A DNA stretch of 64,000 nucleotides from the human T2T-CHM13v2.0 reference genome, Homo sapiens. Numbering within the stretch: position 1 is the stretch's first letter; each line of letters opens with the position of its first letter. Position numbers and translations under genes: made by a program. Location: the NCBI RefSeq assembly GCF_009914755.1, contig NC_060936.1; one strand, written 5' to 3'. Below the pieces are notes generated by a model. It worked only from the letters and a program-made list of their open reading frames with translations, was not told the DNA's origin and ran no database searches. This document shows positions 28,343 to 43,684 of this stretch, piece by piece.

Positions 28343-30275
28343 ACACAAAAAGGACCAAGACACAAGCATGGCTGGTTAAATCCTTTGCCACTGGTGATTA
28401 ACTCAATCTCCAGCCTCTCTCCTCTCTCTGCAGGTGGCAGGGTGGAGCTCAATGTTCCAAGCTTCTAATCAAGGCTTGGTCTTTCTAGCAAACAGCCCCC
28501 ATCCTGAAGCCATATAGGGGCTTGGCCAAGAGTCATCTCATTAGAAGCCTCACAGAGAGGCTCCTGTCACTCATCACTCAGGAAATTCCAGGGGTTTTAG
28601 GAGCTCTGTGCCAGGAACCAGGGGCAAAGACCAAATATCTTATGATGAAACTGCAATATCAGATTAAGTTTTTTGAATGTTTGAATAGATGGGATTTGCT
28701 ATGCATTTTTAATTAACTGAGACTTCTGTCATTGAGACTGATGAATAAAATGTTAAAATCTTCTGAAATGTGGAAAGTAAAAGCTAAACAGAGCCAAGGT
28801 GAGATGAAGTGATACTGTAAACAACCAACAGTGATGGAAATGTCCTTCTTTACATTCTATTTACAATTTTTATTACTGAAACTGCATATAATACTTTCCT
28901 GAGAACAAACCTTTCCCCTCTCCATTTTTAGGAAGATATTTAAAATTATGATTATCATTTCTACAGTTTTGGGAAATAGTCATTAAATCTTTTGACCCCC
29001 TCCCCTCCAAATTATAATAGTCTCTCTATATTTTTTGGTGTGTTTTTTTTCCCCACAAGAAACATTGTTACCTTTTTTTCATTTCTACTTCTCCTGAGGC
29101 CCTAGGCCCATTGTATTAACCCACCAAGGTTATGTTTAAACAGTAAGGAGCCAATTTGGCAGGACATGAAGTGGTATTAGGATGAATGATGTATCCTTGT
29201 GGCCTGGAAAAAAATAGATGTAACATTATACATATTTGCTTAATAAATGATAAAGCACATGAACCACAGATACAGTTTAAAGCAAATGGGATCTTGCCAC
29301 TATCTAATTTTGATCAAAGCACTTTTTGCATAATTACTTAGATTAGGGATTGCCATTTGGTTAATTACAATAAATATATAAGCAAAGTGTAATTAAAAGG
29401 TTGCAGTGAGGGTAATTTTATTTCTGATCATTTTATGATTTTATACTTTTACAGGACAAATAAACTTATGCTTTGCATTTTATGTACCTAGGTACTCTGA
29501 TAGTTTTGTTTAGGGTTTCCAACATTTGCAACCTTTTTTTTTTTCTTTTGGGAAGTTGTGTGTTAGGGAGTCATATTCTCATTACCCTGGTTACAAGCTT
29601 CTCAGTAACCACCATGTTACCTTGCTTCTAAGATGCACATTTTCCTATTAAAAAATGGAGCACATTTTACAATCATACACACACACAGACACACACACAC
29701 TTCTTGGAGTGTTTCTGACTTCTTTGCCCCACCCCTACCATTGCAGTTATTCAGTTGATGATGCCCTTTCAAATGAGGGCCATTTTAGAACAGAGGGAAT
29801 GGTCTGTTGACTTTGTTTTAAATGGTGGCACCATGCATCTCCCTTGGGCCTGCTGGGATGTTAAATGGTGAGCCCAGCAGGGAGGAGGCCCTTGATGGTG
29901 CCCATAGCTTGGTGCAATCAAGGTGAAGTGGATGGAGAGTTCCTGATGCTGATTAAAATAAGCACTGAATGCACAACATGTGGCCATTTGTAAACTCATT
30001 TCTCATTTCACACACGTTACTGTGCTTTGCCTTCCTAGCTGCATTTGTTGGCCCAGTATGTCCTCATTTACTAGATGCTGAAACAAAGTGATTTAGTGAC
30101 TGTCAGACAAATACTGGCATAGGGATCCGACTCCAGTCATCTGCCTTCTGATTCCACACTGTTCTTACCCCATCACCGTTCTGCCATCCCTGAGATGTAG
30201 CAGGGCAGCCTTGGCCACTCTCTTCTTCCTGTGGATTGTACTAGGTCACCCCTCATCTTTAAATGTTGAGGACTC

Positions 30276-30579
30276 GGCCGGGTGTAGTGGCTCACATCTG
30301 TAATCCCAGTACTTGGGGAGGCCAAGGCAGGTGGATCACTTGAGGTCAGGAGTTCAAGACCAGCATGGCCAACATGGAGAAACCCTGTCTCTACTAAAAA
30401 TACAAAAACAGTTAGCTGGGTGTTGTGGCAGGTGCCTGTAATTCCAGCTACTCAGGAGGCTGAGGCAGGAGAATCGCTTGAACCCAGGAAGCAGAGGTTG
30501 TGGTGAGCCAAGATTGTGCTGCCGCACTCCAGCCTAGGCAACAGAGTGAGACTCTGTGTCAAAAAAAAAAAAAAAAAAA
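30276..30579 (+). mobile_element. AluS-type element
   Basis: Full dimer with TSD GTTGAGGACTC. Confidence 0.92.
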
Positions 30580-31021
30580 GTTGAGGACTCATGGTCCACA
30601 TTATAATCATTGTTTTCTTCCCTCTGTAAGACTTGCAGAGTCAAAGGCTCATCTCTGGTTCTCCCTTGCCCTGACTCCAGCAAAACCCAAACATACTCTT
30701 TATCCTTTTCCACAAAAATAAAAAAATAAAAGCTAAAAAGATATTATTTTCTTTTTAGACGTAAGCTGAAAATTCTAAGCCCCCCCCCAACCAATTAAAT
30801 GGACCCCTTCTCTTGGCCAAGGTAATTCCTAAGTTAACCTGCAAAACTAGGTCAGGCCATGATGGGAAGTGGGGATTGGACATGCCTCATTATACCCTCT
30901 TCCCTTTGAAATTCAGGCACAACTGACCAGCATTTAACATTAAAACAGACCTTAAGACTGACAAAGCAGACTCTTTGTAGCAGTAAGATACCAACATGAC
31001 AGCAGGCTCTGAAAGAAGTCA

Positions 31022-31321
31022 GGCCAGGTGTGGTGGCTCATGTCTGTAACCCTAACACTTTGGGAAGCTGAGGTGATTGGATTGCCTCTGCTCAGGAGTT
31101 TGAGACCAGCCTCGGCAACATGGTGAAACCCTGTCTCTATTAAAAAATACAAAAATAAGCCAGGCGTGGTGGTGCACGCCTGTAATCCCAGCTACTCAGG
31201 AGGCTGAGGCAAGAAAATAGCTTGAACCCAGGAGGCGGAGGTTGCAGTGAGCCAAGATGGCACCACTACACTCCAGCCTGGGTGGCAGCATAAGACTCCA
31301 AAAACAAATATAAAAAAAAAA
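31022..31321 (+). mobile_element. Alu
   Basis: Full dimer with TSD AAAGAAGTCA. Confidence 0.9.
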
Positions 31322-31460
31322 GAAGTCAAAGTATTTTACCCCAAAATATATTTCTTTGACATAAATTTTGAAATGTCAAGCAAAGCTGTCGTTTGTGGGG
31401 GGAAATCTGTATTCTGTAGATAAATTCTCTTCCTTTTCCAGGTCTTTTTCCTGATCTTGA

Positions 31461-31816
<356 letters not shown>

Positions 31817-33054
31817 TAAAGAAGCTTCATCTGCAAAATAAAACCTTGGGTCTCCAAAATCCCTTATCTTAACTCAAGACAATTCCAGGAATCAATTGAT
31901 TCCAGATCTTTAAATAAACTCTTTCAACCAATTGCCAATCAGGAAATCTTGGAATCCACCTATCACCTGGAAACAACCCCCCACACCCCCACCACTTTTG
32001 AGTTGTCCCGGACCAAACCAGTGTACATCGTACAGGTATTGATTGGCCTCTTATGTCTCCCCATAACGTATGAAACCAAGTTGTAGCCTGAGCACCTTGG
32101 ACACGTGTTCTCCAGACCTTCTGAGGCTGTATCACAGGCATTCCTTAACCTTGGCAAAATAAACTTCTAAATTGATTGAGACCTATCTCAATACTTTTTG
32201 ATTTACACAGATTTTCTTCTAGATTCTCATGCTTGACTCTAAAATAAAACGTTCATTTTCACGGGTGTATGGTGGCACTAATTTTTGTTAATTTTTTTCT
32301 ATCAAAAACACTCTACTGTTGGCAGTTTTTCCTGTGTTAAGATTTTTTTTTAAGTTTAGGATCTTTTGGTTTAATAATCTCTGATTCTAAAGTAGTTTAC
32401 ATAATGTATCATTTTAACAGTAATGGTGGCACAGAAATGTTCTTCCCTGAAGAAAGGAACTAAGATTATTACAAAGTTTAGGTTTAGTCAAAGCCTTAAA
32501 AGAATTCGTTTGAGACATAGCCTCAATTATCTTTAGGATCAGCTTTTAATTTGCAGTATTACAGATGCAAAATGAATATCATTGTTTGATTGTTCTTGCA
32601 ATTTGGCAATAACTTTACCCACAGACTTATTTACTTACTTTGTAGCACATCTTCCTTTATTTTTACACCTCTGTGACTTGTGCAGAAGTTATTTTAATTT
32701 CTATTTAATATATATCGAAATTGAAATATTAAGTGTGACGTCTAATAATAACTTAGTTTGCTATTTTTATGTGCCAGCTTTGTGTTAAGTGTTTACATTG
32801 TCTTTTTACACATTGTCTTTTTAAATCTTCACAATAACCTTTGAGAAAGATACCTTTTACCCTCATTTGACATAAGGGAGGTGAGGTTTTAAGAGGTTAA
32901 AGGATGCTTAATACCATATATCTTGTAGGAGTTGGAACCAAGTCCTGTGCCTCCCAGATAAAGATATTGGGAGGAGGAAATGTGGGCAGAGAATCTGCGA
33001 GAAGTAATGGGGATGGAGACCAGAAGAGATGAGCTGTTTTTGTCACATGGGTGG

Positions 33055-33599
33055 TGTATTAGGGTTCTCCAGAGGGAGAGAACTAATAGGATAGATGAAT
33101 GTATGAAGGGGAATTTATTAAGGAGGACTGACTCACATGATCATTAGGTGAAGTTTCACAATAGGCCGTCTGCAAGCTGAGGGGCAAGGAAGCCAGTCCG
33201 AGTCCCAGAACCTCAAAAGTAGGGAAGTCAACAGTGCAGTCTTCAGTCTATAGCTGAAGGCCCATGAGCCCCTGGCAAACTACTGGTCTAAGTCCAAGAG
33301 TCTGAAAGCTGAAGAACATGGAGTCCGATATTCGAGGGCAGGAAGCATCCAGCATGGGAGACAGATGAAGGCCAGAAATCTCAGCAAGTCTGCTCTTTCC
33401 ACCTTCTTCTGCCTGCTTTATTCTAGCTGTGCTGATAGCTGATTAGATGGGGCCCACCCAGATTAAGTGTGGGTCTGCCTCTCCCAGTCCACTGACTCAA
33501 ATGTTAATCTCCTTTGTCAGCACCCTCACAGACACAGCCAGGAATAATACTTTGCATTCTTCAGTTCAATCAAGTAGACGCTCAGTATTAACCATCACA
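33055..33599 (-). mobile_element. MLT2A-like (HERV-L) solo LTR
   Basis: TGTATTAGGGTTCTCCAGAGGG...CAATAGGCCGTCTGCAAGCTGAG...CAGTATTAACCATCACA; near TSD GGTGG/GATGG. Confidence 0.85.
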
Positions 33600-33954
33600 G
33601 ATGGGAAGCCAATGGGAGCAGAGTTAGAGATGCATGTGACTCTTTTTGGAGCTAGGCTGGTGTGTTTGAGGCTTCCTAATTAATTTAGTCCATTGCTTGC
33701 ATTAGCGCACAGTTTGACTTAACCTGCCGTGCAGACACCAACTTAAAAGGTGTATGGCTTAAAAAAGAAAATGTTTCTCGAAGTCTACCAGTTTTAAAAT
33801 TCATAAAATGTGAGGTTGGATTAATGTGATCTGTAAAATCTTTTTCAGAACTGGCACCTTGTAATTTACAGGAACTGTTAAAGATGGGTGGAATAGATTC
33901 CAAAGCTAAGATTTGAAACTTAAACTAAATTTGAAATTTAAGATTGGAATTTGA

Positions 33955-34258
33955 GGCCCGGTGCAGTGGCTCATGCCTGTAATCCTAGCACTTTGGGCAA
34001 TCAAGGTGGGAGGATTGCTTAAGCCCAGGAGTTGGAGAGCAGCCTGGGCAACATGGTGAAACCCCATCTCAAGAAAAAATACAAAAATTAACCAGGCATG
34101 GTGGTATGCACCTGTATTCCGAGCTACTCAGGAGGCTGAGGTGTGAGGATCACTTGAGCCCAGGAGGCAGAGGTTGCAGTGAGCCGAGATTGCATCACTG
34201 CACTCCAGCTTGGGCAACGAAGTGAGACTGTATCTGAAACAAAAAAAAAAAAAAAAAA
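33955..34258 (+). mobile_element. AluJ-like element
   Basis: Full dimer with TSD AAGATT(G/T)GAATTT. Confidence 0.9.
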
Positions 34259-34422
34259 GATTTGAATTTTATGATTTTTTTGCCCTCCTTTCTCTGTTTT
34301 TGAAAATTTTTTTAAACCCATTTTCTCTTCAGGAATATTACTGTATTTTAATTAGGTATTAGACAACATTTTTGTAGCAATACTATCACACCAATACAAA
34401 CCTATCTTCTTTTTTTCTCTAG

Positions 34423-34447
34423 GCCCTGCAGGAGCAGCCAAAGATGT
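34423..34447 (+). CDS. C12orf75: C12orf75 coding exon 2, 25-nt microexon (GPAGAAKDV)
   Basis: Polypyrimidine tract plus TAG acceptor; donor TGT|GTAAGT; phase 1 to 2, fitting both neighbours. Confidence 0.95.
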
Positions 34448-35084
34448 GTAAGTATTGAATATTAATGATTTTATAAGCTGTCTTTCTGAGGAAGTTGCTA
34501 TTTTTCATGATTATGACCTTTAGATCTCTGTGGGTATGGCTGAAAAGACATGGAAATACTTTGTGTATAATGCACATGTCAAGATGATCGTTGTAACTAA
34601 AGTGCTATTCAGAGAGGGTTCTTTGTGCTTTTCATTAGCTTTTCAGTTGCCTGGGCACTTTAACTCAGGATCTTAAGAAGGGGAAATGTTGAATTGTGTT
34701 TTCCATCCCAACTGGTATAGAGATTTTTTTTTTCTTTTAGTTAAAAGCAAGTGATTATAGGAGAAATAAGCATGTAGCTCCTATGACTACGCAGTGTTTT
34801 AGAGTTAGCTGGGGAGGAAAGGCTGGGGCCAAGCAGTTACCAAGTGTACATTGAATTGTTTTAAAGTTGATAACTAGATATTCGAATGAATATATAGGGC
34901 CATTCAACATAGTCACCATTGAGCTATCTTTAGAGCACAGGGCATTTAATAATGGGCATCTCCCTGTGGAGAGATCTGGAGCTCAGGAGCATTCAGGATT
35001 TCCATGCCCCTTCTCTCTGCATCCTCCTGCCTCTAATCTAGCTATAGCAAGGACACTACAGCAGTTCACTCTTTAAGAGTATTT

Positions 35085-35727
<643 letters not shown>

Positions 35728-38700
35728 TTATTTCTTATTACAAAGAATTTAGAGAAGATGAGAATGGGATTGTAAAGCTTTCTGGGAATTAAATATTTAA
35801 ATATGCATTTTAAAATTAGGACTTTAGATACAAAGGAAGCAGTAATTGATGGCTTCTAGCTCCTGTTTGCTGTGTTGGAGTTTATTACGTAAACATTTAG
35901 CAACAGTGAATACTGCACCCTGACCGTATTCCTATTATTGCAATATTTTGGTTTCTCCTTCAGTCTCTCCCTTCAATTTCTATATGTGTTGCCAGATTAA
36001 TTTTCCTCAAGCACTGCCCTGCACTTGCATAGGACCTCTGCTCAAAACCTTTCAATTATTCCCATCGTCCTCTGGACTGAACCCAGGATTTATTAGGAAT
36101 AGGAAGAGCATTTATGTTTTAGCCTCAAACCGACTGGCTCGCATGGCGTGGGAGGAGATGCTACAGTGGAGAGTGAGCAGAGCCCAGGGCTGGGAGGGCT
36201 GTGCAGAGCTTCTTCAGGCCACTGTTCTCAGGGGCTTCTGCGACCTCATGCTTCTTGCTCCTGTCCTTGTGTTTTGCTGTGCCCACTGCCTGGAGTGGCC
36301 CTTTCCCTTTCCCTTTCTGTTTATAGAAATGACATCTGTTCTGTAGGGCATGTGTGTTATCCTTTGTGAGAAGTATTTCCTGGCTCTCTGAGCTGCATAG
36401 TGTGTCTTTCTCCTCAGAACCTTCACAGCATTTTGGACCTTTCTTGTGGGGCATCGTGTTGGGTTTATATCGTAGTTCTTCATGTTCTTGTCTTTTTTCC
36501 CTTGAGGATTGAGAGTGGGGCAATACCTTACCCATTTTATTGTGCTCTAGAGTTATTCATGTCATGCTTTGATCATAGTTTGTGTTGAATAAATAGTTGT
36601 TGAATCAGTTCCATCATTGCTTTTCAAGGACAGAGTGATTTCATGACATCTTTCTTTTTCTAATAAAATTTAGTGATGATTTTGTCAACAGAATTAACCG
36701 TTCCAGGATGCGAGATGCCATTTAACTACTTAACTATTTCACTATTTAGAATCCTGAATTCTTCAGATTTCCCTTGACTATACCTCATTCTATGTCCTAT
36801 AACTTTAAAATAAAGTAATTTATTAAATAAATGACCTTTTAAAAACAAATGCAGTGGATTTACCTGGAAAAAGTTAAAGAACATTATAATATTACTTTTC
36901 CTTACACAAAAGGTATATTCAGGCACGTTCAATTTTTTAAGTGGAAGCTATAGATTTATAAATCTTGACTGTAATATTAGGTGATGCCATGAATGAATGA
37001 CGAGCTAAGAAATTAAGATGACACTTAATTTTTTTATTATGCACATTAAAATTTTTTTTTAAAATCTAAACAGACTGATTCCCAAACCAGAAGGATTGGC
37101 CAAAATAGTAGAATAAGTACTGAGAGTAAAGAACTTAGAATAGGGCAAACACAATATTATGCAGACCACAGGAAAGTCTTTGTGGGAAAATGGTTGTTAT
37201 TTTTGGAAGCCAGAAATACTATATATTTAAAAAATCAATTCTCTAGGAAAGGTCTGCAATTTTTACTACTCGTTTTTCTTATTTATTTGCTGTTTTCTAT
37301 AGGTGAGAAGTCAGTATATAATAATAAATAAAATGATGTATCTGTCCTGAAGTAGTTCACTGTCTACTAGGGACCAAAATACAGTGTGGTAAGTGCTAAT
37401 TATTCCAGTGTTCAGAATTTAATGCTGGTCTTGGAATTGAAGGATGAACAAGAGTTCATGCAGAAAAGGAGAAAAATGGCAACCCATGGCAGAGGACAAG
37501 CATGAAAAAAGGCATGGGAGTGCCAGAGGACAGTAGGTCTGGGACCAGCCAGCCAGGTGGTGTCCCCTGGAGCCTGTGCCTGTGGTACAGTCTGGGCAGA
37601 AGTGAAAGATGAGGTTGATGGGCAGGGCTGGCTTGTGAAGGGCCTTGGGTGCAAGGCCAATAATCGTGCTTGTTTTTTTTTATGCATTCAAGGGCTGATA
37701 GAGATTTTAAGGTGGAGGAATTAAATGATTATGTTTGAGTTTTAGGGCAGTAACTCCCAAAGCAGTGTGACACATGGGATGAGGGAGGGTGCAGGCACAG
37801 AGGAATAATGGAAGTGAGGCTACAAGAGGGTCAGATAGCAGAGGGAAAGGAGAAGAGGTGATACAAACAAGATGCATTAGAAAATGTAATTAATAAGATT
37901 TGTTTAATGACTGAACGGGGAAGGAAAGGAAAGGAAACTCTGAGGATAATGCTGCAGTCAAACTTGAGCCAAGGGAAGCGATGGCTGATAGTCCAAAGAG
38001 GTCATGGGGGGCTGAAGGAGGAAGAGAAGTCATTGCGTGTGTCATGATGGCCACATTGGTCACCCTGGGGACTGTAGTTTCAGTTGAGCAGGGTGAATGA
38101 TAACCAAGTCAAAGTGGAAGTGAGCCAGGTGCAAGGAAGTGGAGAGAGTGATGTGGGTCTTTGGTTTTTATGCTGTTTGGCGGTAAGGAATGGAGGGATG
38201 TTGGTGGCTTTAAGAGGAGGCAAATTTTCAGAATATACTGTATTAGAAAAAGAATACCAAGGAAATTTGGAAAGTACAGGAAAGTATTTTTTAAGAGAAA
38301 AATTCAGTTATTATTCTACCACCAGAGACAATCATTATGAACATTTTACACTTTTCTTCAAGTGTTTTTTGGTTGTTTCTGCCCAGTTGTGAGTATGGTT
38401 GATTTTGTGTATTGAAGTTTGTTTTTCCTTTTGTCTTTTTTTAAAAACTATTTTTTGGCATGGAGGAGGCATGGATATTGCTGTAGGCTAAAAGACAGGA
38501 ACCAGGCGAGTAAGAAAAGCTGATGGTGGTTTGGGGAGGGGGTTTCTCTCTGGTGGTGGAGAGAATAACGATGCATGTAAATCCTATGACAGGCTAGAGA
38601 ACTCAAAACCTAGCTAGGTTAACCTTCAACACTTGAAAGCATGGTTGACAATGTCTAGAAACTTAATCACCATAAGAAAAAGCCTACATGTGTATCAGAA

Positions 38701-38884
38701 AACAAGCCTATTTTTCCCTCTCTTTCTGTCTCTTTGAAATTAAATCACAGTGCAGTAACACGCTGAACAAAACAAACAAAACAGTGAATTCAAGGTAATG
38801 ACATTCGGCCGCTTTCACAAACCTGCCAACATCAACCATGTTCTTATTTTAGTGTGGCAGATTCTCAGCTATTTGGCACAAATA

Positions 38885-39420
38885 GGCTGCGTTGGGATAT
38901 TTTTGGTAGGAAATGGCAGAAGCCCAGTTTAAACTGGCCTAAACAAACAAACACAAAGGAATTTATTGGCATGTGGAGTGGAAAAGCTCCAGGGACTTGG
39001 CTGTAGTCACAGCTGGATCCAGGTGATCAAACAACAGGAAGAAATTCTCTTCTCTGCTTTCGTCTTCATTCTTAGGCAGCTTTCCTCAAGTGGTGACAAA
39101 CAGGACCAGTTTATATCTTATCAGCTTCCTAATTCCTGTGGAAAAAAGCAGCTTCTTTTTCCTTGTAGTTTGATCAAAAGTCCTAGGGCTGGGCTCTCTT
39201 GGCCCGTTGGGGTCATGTTCCTATCTCGGAATCAGTCAGTGGGCCAGGAGAATGTGGGGTGCTCATTGGCCAGGCTGCAGTCATGTGCTCACCACTGGAG
39301 CCAATCAGTATCATCAGCCCCACCTTACCATATGGCCAAAGAGCAGAAGAGGGGTGATTCCCCACGGAAAAATTGGGATGCCGTTACCAAAAAAAAGGGG
39401 AGAAATTGTAAGTGGGCAAA
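38885..39420 (-). mobile_element. Old MLT1-type MaLR LTR
   Basis: CAGAAGCCCAGTTTAAACTGGCCTAAAC...GGAATTTATTGGC...CAGCTGGATCCAGG antisense MLT1 motif. Confidence 0.55.
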
Positions 39421-40928
39421 CCGAAACAATTGGAATTTAATTGAAAGCATTTTTTTTTGTAGATCAATTTTCGTGTTCTTAAAGAAGTCTTGATTTAAAG
39501 CTTAAGCAATATTTATAAGAATATTATGACTACGTTTCAAATAAGAAACAGTATTAAATAAGTTGACTCAAATATAATGTTTGCTGTTGAAAATAAAAAA
39601 CCATAGCTACTCAATGTAAACAATGTAATTCAAATACTTCTTTCACTTAAAACATGTAAAGTGAATCTTACTGAGATTCTTTCCTTGGTAAAGCTATTTT
39701 ATTATTATGGAAGGTAGCAAATACAGGGAAAAATATTTTGGAATGAAATGACATAAAACCCATTGGCAATTTGTTTTTGTTTTTGTGTTTGGAAAAAAGA
39801 AATGATAAATCTTTTATGTTGAGTTTGTTGGGATCCTTTATAAATTTACCATGTCTAATGCACCCATGTCAGCTGAGCCCTCTCTGCTCCTCATAGATAC
39901 AGACCTTAGGGTATCTGATGGGCTCTTTTCTCATCCATGTAGTAGAAGGTAACGCTGTCTTCTGAGGGTGAAGAGGATGGGGTTGAAGTAGCATTGAAAA
40001 AGCCTGCATTTTGGAAGCAGAGGGACTTGTGTTTAAAATCCCCTTCACCATTTGCTAGCTGTGTTACATTGTGTCCTTAGTATAATTATCTGTGAAATTG
40101 GGATAATATAATAACTGTGCAGGGTGATCATCTTCATCATCATCATTCTTACAGTAGTAGCTAATCTTTACTGAGGACTGTGCACCATACACTGATTTCC
40201 AGCATTTTCTGTACGTTATCTCCTTCCATACCCATGATAATCTGATGGACAGAATAATGATGTTTCATTTTACAAGTGAGGAGGTGGGGAGCACAGAGAG
40301 CTGAAGTAGCTGCTGGAGGGACAGATTACAAATACAGTATATTTAATATCCTAGGAAAATACTTGGCATTATGCTTGTTGCCCCCGGTGAATGACAGCTA
40401 GAATTATTAGTTAGTTTAAAATGTTGTTGAAAAAATTTGGCAGGGCCTCTGACATGAATACTTGATGGCAGAAGACCCAGCATATTGAGGGCCTTGCTGT
40501 GGTTAGAAATCATATATTCCCATTGGTAGCCATGATGAGATTTTCCTTAGGTCGGACCCTGTGAAATAGGAGCAGGAAGAGAGAGAGCAGATGGACGGAT
40601 TCATCCAGGGATGGAGAGGAATAGGTGGTGACCAGCAAGTGCTGCAGAAATACTTGACTGCAAGACATGTGCTAGGGAGAGAGGGAAGGGAAACACGAGG
40701 GGCTGATGGATAGGGAGGACGGGGAGGGATGGATGAACTGGAGCTGATGTTGCAATAAGAAAGCAGCCTTCTTGGGAATGATGGGACTATCGAAAGGAGG
40801 ATTTTTTTTTCCTCCCTAGGGAGTGGGATTTTCTACTCTAAAATGTGGTAAAATAGTTCCAGGAACTATACTCCATGGAGCAGCCATCGGAGTATGTTAG
40901 CGGAGCAGCACAGAAGTTGTTGGGATAG

Positions 40929-41288
<360 letters not shown>

Positions 41289-43594
41289 ATTTTCATGGAG
41301 TTTTAAATTGACCAAGATAATGGTGCTTAGAAAGAAAAACTTTGGGTCAGGGTCAAAATCTTTGGTGCTCTGGGGACAGTTATGGCAGGGTTTAGACTCC
41401 AGAGAGGAGAGGTTCTGAGTGAAAATGAAATGGCCCCACCTGTAAGAGCTCTGTGGGGAGATGAGGAGCATGCTGGCTCTGTCTCCTGTTAGGAGAAGCT
41501 AGGGTAGGTGAGAACAAGATGCATATTCTTGAGGTTTTGAGAAAAGTGGTGCCAGCAAGGAAAAGCCAAATTTCTTAAGGTAAGGAGATGAAGAGTGCAC
41601 CCTTGCCTTATAGCAAATGATATTTTTACAACCAATTCTGAAATAATTCCTAACACTGTGTGCCCCTTAGTAAGAGAATAACTGGGGGAGGAGAGCTAGA
41701 GAGGACAGGGAATTTGCAGTCTGGCTCTTGATCTCTTGCTTCTGGATAAAGAGAAGTTGAAAGCATTCCTTTGAAGTGAATGTTACTCATGTTCTCCAGT
41801 CATACACTCTGGAAGAAAGAAAGGGACTAATATTGGCCAATGGGCTCATCCAGGGAGAGAGATCAAAAGAAAACAGTCCAAAGAAGTTTTGAAATTGGAA
41901 AGAAATGAATGATATTAAACATAGGCCAAAACAGCCAATGGTAAAACATAATTCATTGTGTAATTAAGGGTTTGCTAGAATGGATTGAAACCACCCCAAG
42001 GAGCAGGAACCATCATGAAAACATGTTATAAAGAAAATTAAATAATTATATTTTATCTGGAGAATTGTAGTGTAGATGGAAGTAAACACAATCAATTAAT
42101 AAACCTATTCCAGAAGGTTATCATGAATGGTAACTAGAAACAGATCAGGAGAGCCATGGTCTCCAGGGTTTCCATATTCAATTTTTACTGTTTACGAGTC
42201 AAAGTAAGTTTAGCCTCTTTAGTGACACTGCAAATAGGGAAAAAGAAAAGACTACAGGTTTTTTTTTTTTTTTTTTTTTTGCTTTTTAGATCATCTCTAA
42301 TAAGAATAGCTGTATATTTAGAACATTTTTCTTGATGAATAAGTAAAAAATAAATCATTTCTTTGCCACATAACTTTGTTAGTTCTAGAAGCCTAAGGGA
42401 AGTGAGAACTTTCTGAATTTTCAGGTAAGTTGTAGCAAGGATGACTTGGGAGCTGCTGTTTCAAATGGCTGGCTGCTATCTCATATTTGTCATCTGTATT
42501 TGTCCTTGATCATGACATGGTTCCATTATTTCACTGTTAAAATCTTTAGGTCACTTGGGATAGCTATTTTATACAACCCAGAAACTAAGTAAATGTAATG
42601 ATGAAAGATTTTGACTACCATATATTACTGAGGAAGAAAAAGATTCATATTTTATGTATTAACTTTGAATAAGGTTTCACTTAATGAAAGTGATAGTTAT
42701 TGGTAAGATAAATCATAGTAATTTAAAATGATTGTAAGGTTGAGGTGTTCCATGCAGATATTTGGTTTTAAATAGGCATGCAAAAAATACATTAATTTAA
42801 AAAAAGGCCAGGTAGGCGAAAGCCCACCCACCCCAAAGAGCAGCCACAGAGACATGGTCGTTTTGGAGGCAGCCCACCTTCCAGAACCCCGACCTACAAG
42901 AAGACAGAGCTTATTTATGATTAGAGAGACATTCAATGTCTCCAGTTCATTCAGAAAAAGTCTGTGACCCTAGTATAAAACAGAAGGATGCATAACTACC
43001 TAGAGAATCTGGATCAGCACTGCTATTCACCCTGAGAAGGGTAAGAAGAGCACCTGGCTGGTTTTAGTAAGTTCACAGGAAGTGAGCTAGAAGTGGAATT
43101 AATAGAAACTCTGAGACAGAGGAAACCCGAAGCCATCCATCTGTAATCTTAGTTGCAGTGGTTGCCTTTGGTCAGTTGCTTTTTTTTCTTTTCTTCTTTC
43201 TTTTTCTTGCATGCCGAGTGTCAAGCCAACTTTGATAAGGTACATATCACTAAACAGTATCTTACTCTACAAGAGTGAGTCATGTTTAAACCATCAACTG
43301 AGGATTTATCTTTTCAACAATCCCAAAAGACGTTGAAAGTGGGGAGAATATGAGTTACGGGGGTCACCTTGAATAACACTTGTTTCTGCAAACAGTTTTA
43401 TTAATGCTATGACTGAAAGTCTGACTCAGAGCCCTGTAAGTGTGTGACCTTAGGCTAGGAGATGATTATGATACTCAACGGGTGGCTTGAACCTCGACTC
43501 ATTCTTTCTCCTTGATCACCTGTTCTTTGATAAAAGAAGCTACATTTTTTTGCTAACAAAAGGAGACCTGATTTTAGTTGAATGCCCAATGTAT

Positions 43595-43597
<3 letters not shown>

Positions 43598-43683
<86 letters not shown>
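43598..43683 (+). repeat. Compound microsatellite (TG)n(AG)n(ACAG)n in place of an Alu tail
   Basis: Directly visible; abuts the antisense Alu. Confidence 0.93.

Positions 43684-43684
<1 letters not shown>

Larger units (their letters stand above)
27130..28640. mobile_element. MER21-type LTR hosting two nested MaLR LTRs
   Basis: CAATTCAATTCTAACACTACCTGGAGTTAG...GGTCCCACAAGACTGCCC; the element resumes after the insertions to AAAGACCAAATAT. Confidence 0.7.

Noticed and set aside
38966-39493. 175-aa ORF
   Set aside because: It has a non-ATG start, lies within an MLT1-like LTR, and shows no recognisable protein family or splice context.
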